Notes: a model not told the origin generated them from the sequence alone. DNA of 64,000 nt from Spirochaetia bacterium (GCA_965140585.1 OZ223267.1:475166-539165); one strand, 5' to 3'; positions 29,149-39,122 are shown, counted from the first letter of the stretch. Numbers and translations are program-made.

Positions 29149-31838
29149 TGGACTACAGAGAAAAGATTCTCGATCTTGCAAATCATATAAACAGAACAAA
29201 GAAAGGCTCTTCAAGGGCAATTAAACCAGGAGATCCTGAATACATGATTCTGGAACCTGTTGTTACTGATGACATGGCTGAGGCTGCTATGTGCCTTGAG
29301 CTGCGGAAACCTAAAAGTGCAGTCGAAGTTGCATTGCTCTGCGGCAGGGATTCTGCTGATACTTCATCACTGCTTTGGGAACTTGCAATGGCCGGAGTCT
29401 GTTTTGTAAATGAAATAGACGGCATTGACAAGTACTGGCTTGAAACCTGGATTCCGGGTGTCATGGAAATGATGACCAACAATAAAGAGAATGTCGCCAG
29501 ATTTCCGCAGATAGCTGAAGCTTTCGAGGCTTACGGCCGGGTTCGCGGGCCTCAGTCGGCAGGAAATTTTCCGGTTGGTGTAGGTCTAATGCGGGTTATT
29601 CCAATCGAACGCTCTATTGAAGGTGAGACTCGCAAGGCCTCCTATGAGGAAGTTTCGAAATACCTGAATGAAAACGACCGCTTTTCGGTTTCCGACTGTG
29701 CCTGCCGTACAGCCCGTGAGGCAATGGGTGAAGGCTGCGGCCATCTGAAAGAGGACATGTGCATACAGATGGGACATGCAGCGGAGTACTACATTCGAAC
29801 TGGCCGTGGCCGTGAGATAGATCGCAACGAAGCCTTCGAAATCATCAAAAGGGCTGAAGATAATGGACTGATGCACCAGATACCCAATACCGACGGCTCG
29901 GGTAACACGCATGCTATATGCAACTGCTGCGGCTGCTCCTGTCTTTCTCTAAGAACAGCAGAGATGTTTATCAACAACGATATGGTCCGTTCAAATTATG
30001 TATCTGATGTAGATATTGATAACTGTGTGGCCTGCGGAGAATGTGTTGAAGTCTGTCCGGTAAATGCGCTTCAGCTTGGTCATAAACTCTGTTCTGAGAC
30101 ACCCCAGAACATCCCGGTACGTGAAACCCCCGAGGTCACAGAATGGGGACCTGAAAAGTGGAATCCTGATTACCGCATAAACAGGCAGGTCGTTCTTGAA
30201 TCGGGAACCAGTCCCTGCAAGGCTGAATGCCCTGCGCATATCGGTATTCAGGGATATGTGAAGCTGGCTTCACAGGGTAAGTATACAGAGGCTCTGGAGC
30301 TAATAAAAACCGAGAATCCCTTTCCTGCTGTCTGCGGCCGTATCTGTCCTCGAAAATGCGAATCTGCGTGTACCAGGGGAGATATAGATGACCCAATTGC
30401 GATTGATGATATTAAGAAGTATATTGCCGAGAAGGACCTTCATGCAGAAAGCAGATTTATTCCCCGAAAGCGCCACGACTATGGTAAGAAAATTGCTGTT
30501 ATAGGCTCCGGTCCGGCAGGGCTTTCCTGTGCTTACTACCTTGCGGTAGACGGTTACAAAGTTACTGTTTTTGAAAAAAACAGCAGACCCGGCGGAATGC
30601 TCACAACAGGTATTCCCTCATTCAGGCTCGAAAAGGATGTGGTAAGCGCTGAAATAGAAATTATTAAAGAACTCGGCGTAGAAATCCGCTGCGGGGTGGA
30701 TGTCGGAAAAGACGTTTCAATTGCCGGACTTAGAAAAGATGGATTTGAAGCCTTCTATCTTGCAATCGGTGCACAGTCGGGAAGAGTCCTTGGAATTGAA
30801 GGTGAGGACGCTGAAGGTGTCATTACCGGAGTTGATTTTCTGCTGAATGTGAGCTGTGGGACTCTGAATGATTTCACAGGCAGAACCGTTGTAATAGGCG
30901 GCGGCAATGTTGCAATTGATGTAGCCCGGACTGCTGTGAGGTCAGGGGCTGATAAAACCAAAATGTTCTGCCTTGAAAGCAGGGACCAGATGCCGGCGCT
31001 TGAAGAAGAAGTTGATGAGGCGCTTTCTGAAGGAATAGAAATTAACAATTCCTGGGGCCCGAAACGAATAATAACCGAAAACGGAAAAGTGAAGGCTGTT
31101 GAGTTTCGAAAGTGCATATCGGTGTTTAATTCCGATGGAAGGTTTTCACCTGTATACGACGAATCGAATACTCTTGCTGTTGAAGCTGATAATGTTCTGA
31201 TTTCTGTAGGACAGGCAATTTACTGGGGGAATCTGCTTGATGGTTCCGGTGTAAAACTGAATACCAACAATACCGTGATTGCTGATCCGGAAACATGGCA
31301 GACGGGTGAGGCTGATATTTTTGCCGGAGGCGATGCCGTAACTGGACCAAAATTTGCTATTGATGCAATTGCGTTAGGCAAGGAGGGCGCTGTTTCCATC
31401 CACCGCTACGTACAGGCGGGGCAGAGTCTTGTTTATGGACGAACTAAACGCAACTATAAACCTCTTGATAAGGAAAACCTCATCCTTGCAGGATTCGACA
31501 GAATGCCAAGGCAGAGCACATCTCATGTGAGCGGAGATGATTCGAAAAACACCTTCAGAGATCTGCGGGAAACCTTTACCGAAGAACAGGTCATCAAAGA
31601 AACTGAACGCTGTCTTGGCTGCGGGGCAGTTGTTGTTGATAAATATATGTGTGTCGGCTGCGGAGCCTGTACTCTGAAGTGCCGCTTTGATGCAATAAAA
31701 CTCGAAAGAAAATACGACGCTGAAGGCCTTGTACTTACAGATATAAGACCTGCTGTTATGAAGCAGATGGTGAAGCGGAAGCTGAAAATAGCTGTTAACA
31801 AACCGATCAAGGCTGTTAAGTCGGCTCTGGGCGGGTGA
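29148..31838 (+). CDS. Large FAD/Fe-S oxidoreductase: Cys-rich N-terminal domain, ferredoxin motifs and GltD-like pyridine nucleotide module
   Basis: CACR..C..MC..CNCCGCSC; CVACGECVEVCP; PCKAECP..CGRICPRKCESAC; GSGPAG; GGGNVA; AGGD; RCLGCG..CVGCGACTLKC. ATG overlaps the hypB stop (TGATG). Confidence 0.88.
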   Translation: MDYREKILDLANHINRTKKGSSRAIKPGDPEYMILEPVVTDDMAEAAMCLELRKPKSAVEVALLCGRDSADTSSLLWELAMAGVCFVNEIDGIDKYWLETWIPGVMEMMTNNKENVARFPQIAEAFEAYGRVRGPQSAGNFPVGVGLMRVIPIERSIEGETRKASYEEVSKYLNENDRFSVSDCACRTAREAMGEGCGHLKEDMCIQMGHAAEYYIRTGRGREIDRNEAFEIIKRAEDNGLMHQIPNTDGSGNTHAICNCCGCSCLSLRTAEMFINNDMVRSNYVSDVDIDNCVACGECVEVCPVNALQLGHKLCSETPQNIPVRETPEVTEWGPEKWNPDYRINRQVVLESGTSPCKAECPAHIGIQGYVKLASQGKYTEALELIKTENPFPAVCGRICPRKCESACTRGDIDDPIAIDDIKKYIAEKDLHAESRFIPRKRHDYGKKIAVIGSGPAGLSCAYYLAVDGYKVTVFEKNSRPGGMLTTGIPSFRLEKDVVSAEIEIIKELGVEIRCGVDVGKDVSIAGLRKDGFEAFYLAIGAQSGRVLGIEGEDAEGVITGVDFLLNVSCGTLNDFTGRTVVIGGGNVAIDVARTAVRSGADKTKMFCLESRDQMPALEEEVDEALSEGIEINNSWGPKRIITENGKVKAVEFRKCISVFNSDGRFSPVYDESNTLAVEADNVLISVGQAIYWGNLLDGSGVKLNTNNTVIADPETWQTGEADIFAGGDAVTGPKFAIDAIALGKEGAVSIHRYVQAGQSLVYGRTKRNYKPLDKENLILAGFDRMPRQSTSHVSGDDSKNTFRDLRETFTEEQVIKETERCLGCGAVVVDKYMCVGCGACTLKCRFDAIKLERKYDAEGLVLTDIRPAVMKQMVKRKLKIAVNKPIKAVKSALGG

Positions 31839-31842
31839 TGCT

Positions 31843-32184
31843 TTGCACGAACTTGGAGTTGTAATCGAAGTGATTAAAACCGTTGAGGAAATTGCAGCGG
31901 AAAACGGGGTAAGCAGTATTGAGTCAATGGTTCTTCAGATAGGAGAACTTTCATCAATAATTCCCCGTTATGTGGAGGATTGCTACCCCGCAGCCGCCGA
32001 CGGAACACTTCTCGAGAATACCAGGCTTGAAATTGAGATACTTCCCGGAAACGGGCTCTGCCGCGGCTGCGGTAAGGTATTCAACCTTGCAGCAGAGAAA
32101 CACGTTTGTCCATCCTGTTCGGCTTCGGATTTTGAAATCCTCGGCGGAAAGGAATTTATGATCAAAGAAATTGTCGCCTGTTAG
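31843..32184 (+). CDS. hypA: Nickel metallochaperone HypA
   Basis: N-terminal MHE Ni site, IGELS, CRGC and CPSC Zn site, GKEF. Confidence 0.93.
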   Translation: MHELGVVIEVIKTVEEIAAENGVSSIESMVLQIGELSSIIPRYVEDCYPAAADGTLLENTRLEIEILPGNGLCRGCGKVFNLAAEKHVCPSCSASDFEILGGKEFMIKEIVAC

Positions 32185-32218
32185 GCCGGCATGAAAATCT
32201 ATTTATATGGAGTAATAG

Positions 32219-33220
32219 ATGTTTACTTTTAATACTGCCGCCGGTGCAAGTATCGCGTCGGCCTGGGGAATGTGGATAGTTGTATTCGCGGCCCTGTTTA
32301 TTCTTAATGAACTTGCACGCAGGTGGAAGGCTGCGGGATTCACTGCCTTTGTAGTTCTGCCTGCAGTACTCACTGTTTTGTGGTTTACAGTTATGAGTGA
32401 TACCACATATACCGACTGGTTTCACCTTGCAAAGGTGTACTCATCAACTGCCGGCTGTATTGGCTTCTGGCTGATACGTCACCTAAAAGGAACAAACAAA
32501 CTTACAGGCAGGCAATGGAGACTTTCAGACAAGAAACTCGCTCTGATATTTCCTCCGCTCATCCTCGCCATCAATATTCTTGAAGCATGTGTACGGGATT
32601 TTCAGATTGGTCTTCAGTACACCGGTGGAGGAATAACTGCCGATGAGGGAGTTTATGTTCTTGGCGGTATATGGAATTATATGAACGGAATTGCAGGACT
32701 CCTTAATATTATAGCTATCACAGGATGGTTTGGTATTGTAATCAGGCGACAGACAGACCGGGATAAAAGCCGCGACATGCTCTGGCCTGATATGCTCTGG
32801 TTCTGGATCATTGCCTATGATATCTGGAATTTCACCTACACATACAACTGTCTGCCTCATCACGCATGGTACTGTGGATTTGCTTTACTGCTTGCACCTA
32901 CACTTTGTGCTTTCACAGTTGGAAAGGGCGCCTGGCTTCAGCATCGTGCTCAGACTCTGGCTCTCTGGTGCATGTTCGCACAGACCTTTCCGGCATTCCA
33001 GGATGAGGGTATGTTTGCTGTTACCTCTACCTACAAGCCGGGGCTGTATATGTTCTGGGGAGTTCTTTCGCTTGCAGTTAACATTGCAGTAATTGTTTAT
33101 ATGCTTATCAGGGTTAAGAAAACCGGACGCAATCCATACAAAGGTGAATTGTACACCGATAACCCCAAGTATCTTGAAGTTAAGGCGCTTGCAGAAGAAC
33201 CGGCAGGTGCGGCTTTATAA
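32219..33220 (+). CDS. DUF5692-like integral membrane protein
   Basis: About 8 TM helices; WFHLAKVYS, PPLILAINILEA, WNYMNGIAG, DMLWPDM..FWIIAYDIWNF, WLQHRAQTL. Confidence 0.75.
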   Translation: MFTFNTAAGASIASAWGMWIVVFAALFILNELARRWKAAGFTAFVVLPAVLTVLWFTVMSDTTYTDWFHLAKVYSSTAGCIGFWLIRHLKGTNKLTGRQWRLSDKKLALIFPPLILAINILEACVRDFQIGLQYTGGGITADEGVYVLGGIWNYMNGIAGLLNIIAITGWFGIVIRRQTDRDKSRDMLWPDMLWFWIIAYDIWNFTYTYNCLPHHAWYCGFALLLAPTLCAFTVGKGAWLQHRAQTLALWCMFAQTFPAFQDEGMFAVTSTYKPGLYMFWGVLSLAVNIAVIVYMLIRVKKTGRNPYKGELYTDNPKYLEVKALAEEPAGAAL

Positions 33221-33251
33221 GCTGGAGCAAATTAATATATTGTGATTTACC

Positions 33252-33274
33252 ACCGCGTCTTCGGGCGCGGTTTT
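33252..33274 (+). terminator. Terminator closing the hypB-hypA operon
   Basis: ACCGCGTC-TTCG-GGCGCGGT followed by TTT (cUUCGg tetraloop). Confidence 0.8.
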
Positions 33275-33341
33275 ATACTATTTACTAAACTTTTATTTCC
33301 TTGCATTAAGCCTGACGACACCTTAGACTTATACTTATCGT

Positions 33342-36300
33342 ATGACAGATAAAAATGTAAAAGCTGACAGAGTAATTGCTCCAGTCGTTGCTATTGGTGC
33401 ATCCGCAGGCGGTCTGAAAGAACTTGAAGTCTTTTTTAAAAACCTGACAAATTTGGACAGAGTTGCCTTTGTTGTTATTCTGCATCTTGCGCCTTCACAT
33501 GAAAGCTCACTTGCTGATATTGTGAGCCGATTTACAAATCTTAATGTTACTCAACCAACCAGGAAAACTACAGTTAAACCCGGGAATGTTTATATAATTC
33601 CTCCTAATAAAATTATTGAATTAAATGCCGGAAAAATTTGTCTGAAACCCTATCCTGAAGATATCAAAAATAGAAAGCCTATTGATATATTTTTTAAATC
33701 TATGAGTCTTTCTCTGAAGGAAAATTCTGTAAGTGTAATTCTGAGCGGTGCCGGGACTGACGGCTCTGAAGGTATAAAGTCAGTAAGTGAACAAAACGGC
33801 CTTGTCATAGTACAGGAACCTGAAACTGCTGAATACACGTCTATGCCTGAGACTGCGATTTCAACAGGCACTGTCGATTTTATCCTGCCTACTTCTGAGA
33901 TGCCGGGTATTATTCAGGAATATCTAAAACATATCCATGATGATAAAATCCTTCATATTTCAGCAGATAATCGGCTGATATTTGATTCAATTTTCAAATA
34001 TTTACTCAAGCAGACCGGAAATGATTTTTCAGGTTATAAGATAAATACTGTATACCGTAGAATTCAGCGAAGAATGAAGTCAAAAAAAATAATTAACTTA
34101 AATGGTTATTTTGAATTTCTTAAACAGAATAGCGAAGAAACTACTTTTTTATATAAAGAACTTCTGATAAGTGTTACAAATTTTTTCAGAGATGAAGAAA
34201 CTTACCACTATCTCAAAGATAATTTAATACCAAGGATAGTTTCAAAGGCTTATACAGATACCATTAGAATATGGGTGCCTGCTTGCGCTACCGGTGAAGA
34301 GGCATATTCTATTGCAATTCTGTTTATGGAATATCTTGATAGACACGAATTCAATCTAAAATTACAGATTTTTGCTTCTGATCTGGATAAAGATGCTATT
34401 GAAAAAGCCAGAAAAGGATTATATCCGCTTAAAATTAAAGACGATATCAGTGAAAAGATCCTGCATAAATATTTTGAGAAGATATTAACCGGATATCAGA
34501 TAAAGGCAGAAGTCCGAGAACATTTGATTTTCGCCGAACAGAATTTATTATCAGATCCGCCCTATTCCAAACTTGATCTGATAAGCTGTAGAAATTTTCT
34601 TATCTATTTAAATAATGCTCAGCAAAAAAAAGTATTATCCATTTTTCACTATGCCTTAAATCCTGACGGTTATCTGCTGCTCGGCAGATCTGAAAGTCTT
34701 GGAATGTCATCCGGTCTTTTCACAACCGAGGACAGGAAGAATAAGGTCTTCCATAAAATCAATGGACTTAAAGTGGAAAGAAATGTATGGAAATTGAATT
34801 TTGAGGAGAAAAGACACCCAGTGGGCACACATAAGGAAATAAAGACAGAGATAGCAGATTTTACAAAAGCATATATTCTTGAGAATTTAAGCCCGCCGTG
34901 TGTTGTAATAGATCCAGAAGGTGAAATGCTTTATGTTCAGGGAAGAACCGGCAAATACCTGGAAAATACTTCAGGCGTCGTCAGTACCAATATTCTGAAA
35001 AACGCCAGGGAGGGCTTAAAAATTCCGCTTACAAATGCTATTAAGCAGGCTGGATTTGAGCAGCATGAAATATATCAAAGAAAAATTAATGTAAAAACTA
35101 ACGGAAGTTATGAACTTATAGATCTGCGTGTTGCCCCTCTTAATAACGCAGACGAACATACTAAACTTTTTATAGTCTCTTTTTTTCCTTCGGTGGAAGT
35201 GCATGATGGTACAGATTCAGAAACTTTTCAATCAAATGATGGTGTTATAGAATCTTTAAAAAAAGAGCTCGCAAATAAGGATGTGTATCTGCGTAATACG
35301 ATTGAAGAACTCGAATCAACCAACGAGGAATTAAAATCGTCCAACGAAGAAGCTCAAAGTGCTAATGAAGAGCTGCAGAGTGCCAATGAAGAACTTGAAA
35401 CATCAAAGGAAGAACTGCAGTCGGTTAATGAGGAACTTGTTACAACAAACAGTGAACTTAATCAGAGGGTGGACGAATTAAGTGAACTTAACAACAATAT
35501 GAAAAATCTTCTAGCTGCAACTGATATTGCAACAATCTTTGTTGACAGAGAACTAAAAATTTTCAAGTTTACACCTGCGGCAAAAAAGATTATCAACCTG
35601 CTTGAATCTGATATTGGCCGTTCTATTTCACAATTCACAAATACATTGAATTATAAATCACTTGCAGATGATATCAGAACAGTGTTAAGCAATCTTCGTC
35701 CTGTCGAGACTGCGGTCAAGGATCAGGAGTTAAACCATTTCTGGATGAGGATTTCACCCTACAGAACTACCGACGAGAAGATTGAAGGGGCAGTGATAAC
35801 ATTTACAGATATAACAGAGAGAAAAAAGGCTGATAATCAAATATCACTATTAAACAGTATCATAGAAAATTCTTTGGATGGTTTTGACATAGTTAATGAA
35901 AATGGGCTGCTTGAATATGTTAATAAAGCGTATCTGAAAATGTGGGGATATGATAGTCAGGATGAAATTCTCGGAACTTCGCCTGCTGGACATTGTGCCG
36001 ATGAAGAAATGCCTTTGATTATTATAAACAAGGTTAATAAAGAACAGAAAGCAGATTTTGAATTTAAGGCTAAGCGTAAAGACGGCTCAACCTTTGATGT
36101 CTTTATGAGTGTTTCAACATATGAAGATATAGACGGCAAAAGATATTATGCCGGTTTTTCCCAGGATATCAGTGAAAAAGTTCAACAGAAAAAGGAATTG
36201 GATGAGTATAGAAACAATCTAGAAGAAATTCTAAAAGAAAAAAATGAACAGCTTTATAAAAGTGAAGTTATTCATAGGAAAATCTCGCTGATGTCTTCTG

Positions 36301-37658
36301 ATTACTCTTACAGCTACAAGGTAAATGATCTCAATGAATACGAGCTTGAATGGTCTTTCGGTGCGTTTGAAAAAATTACAGGATATAAACCGGCAGAAAT
36401 ATTAAACACAGCTTTTATCAAAAAACTTATTCATCCTGATGATTTCTCTGAAATCATCAACAGAAGAAAAAAGAATGCTGCCGGTGAAACTGCAACATCC
36501 GATGTCCGAATTATTACAAAAAGAGGAGAAATCAAATGGATACAGGACAAATCTGTTCCTGAACTTGATGAAAAAACAGGCAAGCTTATTCGGATTATCT
36601 CTTCAGCCACGGAAATAACCAAGCGGAAAAATGTGGAAAAAGCTCTGGAGCTCAGTGAAAGAAAATTCCGGAATATAGCAGAAAACATTCCAGGGCTGGT
36701 CTATAAATACAGAGTATCCAATGCTGATGATATTACGCTTATGTATCTTAGTAGAAGTGTTGAATCAATATTTAAAATCCCGTACAGCGAAGCAAAAAAT
36801 GATATAAATCTTTTTTTGAGCCTAATTCATGAAGAAGATTTGCCCGGGTATAAAAAGGCTTTTGAGAAAGCAGGTAAGAATCTTTCATTTTTTGATTTAA
36901 AGCACAGAGTAACGCTTCATGACGGTGAAATTAAATGGCTCCATACCCGAGGTACTCCTTCAAGAGATGATGAAGGCGGCACCGTATGGGATGTGCTAAG
37001 CTTTGATATTACCCGCCAGCATGCAGCAGAAGACAAACTGTTGCAATCAAATCAGCAGATGGAGATCCTGTTTAAAGAGCTGCACCACAGGGTTAAGAAT
37101 AATCTCCAGCTTGTGTCAAGTATGCTTCAGCTTCAGGCTAATTATATTGATGATGAAAAGATCTCTGCAATGTATTCAGAAAATCAGCACAGAATAAGAT
37201 GCATTGCCCATCTGCATGAACTTATTTATCACTCTAATGATTTAAATCAGATAGAATTAAATGTGTATTTATCAAATATTACTGATTATCTGTACAAATC
37301 GTATGCAATCACAGACAAAGACATCAGTCTTGAATTAAATATAACCGAGCTTCTGGTAGATATTGAAATGGCAGTACCATTAGGGCTGATTGTAACTGAA
37401 TTAATAAGTAATAGTTTTAAACACGGTTTTAAGGACAGGAGTAAAGGGACTCTCAGTCTTTCACTAAGTAAAGTCAACAGCAAAAGATATTCACTGGTTG
37501 TCGAAGATGACGGGACAGGTGTACCGGAAGATATTTTTAGTAATAGTGAAAAAAGTTTTGGCGTTTTTATTGTAAGTTCATTAGTATTACAGTTAGATGG
37601 AGACATTCATGTCAGGTCCAAAAACGGAACCAAAATAACCATTTCATTTTATTGTTGA
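33342..37658 (+). CDS. CheB methylesterase-CheR methyltransferase-PAS(xN)-HisKA_2 histidine kinase fusion
   Basis: IGASAGG, ILSGAGTDG, ISVTNFFRD, PACATGEEAYS, SCRN, NEELQS coiled-coil repeats, PAS/PAC domains, ELHHRVKNNLQ, ELISNSFKH, VEDDGTG. Confidence 0.93.
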   Translation: MTDKNVKADRVIAPVVAIGASAGGLKELEVFFKNLTNLDRVAFVVILHLAPSHESSLADIVSRFTNLNVTQPTRKTTVKPGNVYIIPPNKIIELNAGKICLKPYPEDIKNRKPIDIFFKSMSLSLKENSVSVILSGAGTDGSEGIKSVSEQNGLVIVQEPETAEYTSMPETAISTGTVDFILPTSEMPGIIQEYLKHIHDDKILHISADNRLIFDSIFKYLLKQTGNDFSGYKINTVYRRIQRRMKSKKIINLNGYFEFLKQNSEETTFLYKELLISVTNFFRDEETYHYLKDNLIPRIVSKAYTDTIRIWVPACATGEEAYSIAILFMEYLDRHEFNLKLQIFASDLDKDAIEKARKGLYPLKIKDDISEKILHKYFEKILTGYQIKAEVREHLIFAEQNLLSDPPYSKLDLISCRNFLIYLNNAQQKKVLSIFHYALNPDGYLLLGRSESLGMSSGLFTTEDRKNKVFHKINGLKVERNVWKLNFEEKRHPVGTHKEIKTEIADFTKAYILENLSPPCVVIDPEGEMLYVQGRTGKYLENTSGVVSTNILKNAREGLKIPLTNAIKQAGFEQHEIYQRKINVKTNGSYELIDLRVAPLNNADEHTKLFIVSFFPSVEVHDGTDSETFQSNDGVIESLKKELANKDVYLRNTIEELESTNEELKSSNEEAQSANEELQSANEELETSKEELQSVNEELVTTNSELNQRVDELSELNNNMKNLLAATDIATIFVDRELKIFKFTPAAKKIINLLESDIGRSISQFTNTLNYKSLADDIRTVLSNLRPVETAVKDQELNHFWMRISPYRTTDEKIEGAVITFTDITERKKADNQISLLNSIIENSLDGFDIVNENGLLEYVNKAYLKMWGYDSQDEILGTSPAGHCADEEMPLIIINKVNKEQKADFEFKAKRKDGSTFDVFMSVSTYEDIDGKRYYAGFSQDISEKVQQKKELDEYRNNLEEILKEKNEQLYKSEVIHRKISLMSSDYSYSYKVNDLNEYELEWSFGAFEKITGYKPAEILNTAFIKKLIHPDDFSEIINRRKKNAAGETATSDVRIITKRGEIKWIQDKSVPELDEKTGKLIRIISSATEITKRKNVEKALELSERKFRNIAENIPGLVYKYRVSNADDITLMYLSRSVESIFKIPYSEAKNDINLFLSLIHEEDLPGYKKAFEKAGKNLSFFDLKHRVTLHDGEIKWLHTRGTPSRDDEGGTVWDVLSFDITRQHAAEDKLLQSNQQMEILFKELHHRVKNNLQLVSSMLQLQANYIDDEKISAMYSENQHRIRCIAHLHELIYHSNDLNQIELNVYLSNITDYLYKSYAITDKDISLELNITELLVDIEMAVPLGLIVTELISNSFKHGFKDRSKGTLSLSLSKVNSKRYSLVVEDDGTGVPEDIFSNSEKSFGVFIVSSLVLQLDGDIHVRSKNGTKITISFYC

Positions 37659-37683
37659 AACTACATGTGCGGGGAGGTTTATT

Positions 37684-38052
37684 ATGCATAATATTCTACT
37701 TGTTGAAGATGAAGTAATCATAGGCTCTTCCCTTGCATTCAGTCTTAAATCTTCCGGATATAATGTCATTTATCCTGTGCTTAATGGAACTGAAGCATTG
37801 GAAATAGTAAAAACCCGGGATATCGATTTTATACTTATGGATATTAATATTAAAGGTAGCTTTGATGGTATTACCACAATTCTGAAAATTTATAACGTTA
37901 AAGAAATTCCGCATATTTTTTTATCAGGGCTTACAGATTCAAATACAGAATCAAGAGCAATGAAAACATCTCCGCTTGCGTACTTTTCAAAACCTATTGA
38001 TTTTCTGTTACTGGAAAAAAAACTTGCTGACCATTTTAAAAAATTAGATTAA
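37684..38052 (+). CDS. Single-domain response regulator
   Basis: ILLVEDE, ILMDINI, DG, FLS, SKP. Confidence 0.9.
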   Translation: MHNILLVEDEVIIGSSLAFSLKSSGYNVIYPVLNGTEALEIVKTRDIDFILMDINIKGSFDGITTILKIYNVKEIPHIFLSGLTDSNTESRAMKTSPLAYFSKPIDFLLLEKKLADHFKKLD

Positions 38053-38158
38053 GATTTGTCAGTATATAGAAAAAAAGTTATATTGAATACAGAAAGTTGA
38101 AGCATACCAAAGTCCTGCATCTCTGAACCAATTTTCAAAGCTAAATCGGAGGTGTTTT

Positions 38159-39016
38159 ATGAAATTAAACGGAAAAGTAATTGTTATCACTGGAGCAGGC
38201 GGAGGAATAGGTCGTCAGCTTGTTGTTCAGGCTCTTGATGAAGGAGCATCAGTAGCGGCAGTGGATATTAATCCTGATGCCCTTGAGGCAACACAGCTTG
38301 CAGCCGGAAAGCATGCGGACAGGCTGTCACTTCACACTGCGAATATAACTGACAGGCATGCTGTATGCAGTCTCCCTGAATCTGTAAAAGCAGCCCATGG
38401 TAAAATTGATGCCATTATTAACAATGCAGGTATTATTCAGCCGTTTATTCCCTTTGCTGAACTTGACTATGAAACTATTCAAAGGGTTATGAATATAAAT
38501 ATCTACGGCATGATGTATATGACCCGTGCCTTTCTTCCGTATATCGGTGAATCCGCTGAGGGGTATATTGCAAACGTATCAAGTATGGGCGGATTTCTGC
38601 CTGTTCCAGGTCAGGCTCTGTATGGGGCCTCAAAGGCTGCAGTAAAGCTGCTTACAGAAGCCCTCAGATCAGAGCTGATAAATACAAATATTCATGTTTC
38701 TGTAATTATGCCAGGCGGTGTTGCCACTGACATTACAAAAAATTCAGGTGTAGAGGCAAGTTCAACTGCTAATGAAGAAAACAGCTCAAACTACAAGATG
38801 ACTACTCCGGAAGAGGCTGCATCAATAATATTAACTGGAATAAAAAAAAATAAACCGCGAATCCTTGTTGGAAAAGATGCAAAGTTTATGGATTTTCTGA
38901 GCCGTCTCGCACCTGTAAAAGCCAGTCAATATATAACAAAGATGATGGCATCACTTGTGGAACAACGCGGCGGAAATGAGGGTGTAAAGACAGCCGGATG
39001 CCTTGGGCAGGATTAG
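38159..39016 (+). CDS. Short-chain dehydrogenase/reductase (SDR)
   Basis: TGAGGGIG, NNAG, NVSS, YGASK. Confidence 0.93.
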   Translation: MKLNGKVIVITGAGGGIGRQLVVQALDEGASVAAVDINPDALEATQLAAGKHADRLSLHTANITDRHAVCSLPESVKAAHGKIDAIINNAGIIQPFIPFAELDYETIQRVMNINIYGMMYMTRAFLPYIGESAEGYIANVSSMGGFLPVPGQALYGASKAAVKLLTEALRSELINTNIHVSVIMPGGVATDITKNSGVEASSTANEENSSNYKMTTPEEAASIILTGIKKNKPRILVGKDAKFMDFLSRLAPVKASQYITKMMASLVEQRGGNEGVKTAGCLGQD

Positions 39017-39122
39017 TTATACAATAATTGTATTTTAATCAAACTCTAACAATCTTAATCCTATAATAGCATTATTCTAATATATGAACAGTAGAAATGA
39101 AGCTGATTATAGGAGTTAACCT

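Noticed and set aside
29148-31838. Annotation as glutamate synthase small subunit or dihydropyrimidine dehydrogenase
   Set aside because: Only the shared GltD-like module is present; there is no gltB or preA partner, and there are large extra domains.
28477-32184. hypA/hypB as maturases of the hydrogenase at 51-56 kb
   Set aside because: That enzyme has H-cluster motifs ([FeFe]) and is matured by HydEFG without nickel.
35300-35500. Repetitive GAAGAACT/AATGAAGA runs
   Set aside because: They encode the NEELQS coiled coil of the CheBR fusion; not a CRISPR array or DNA repeat element.
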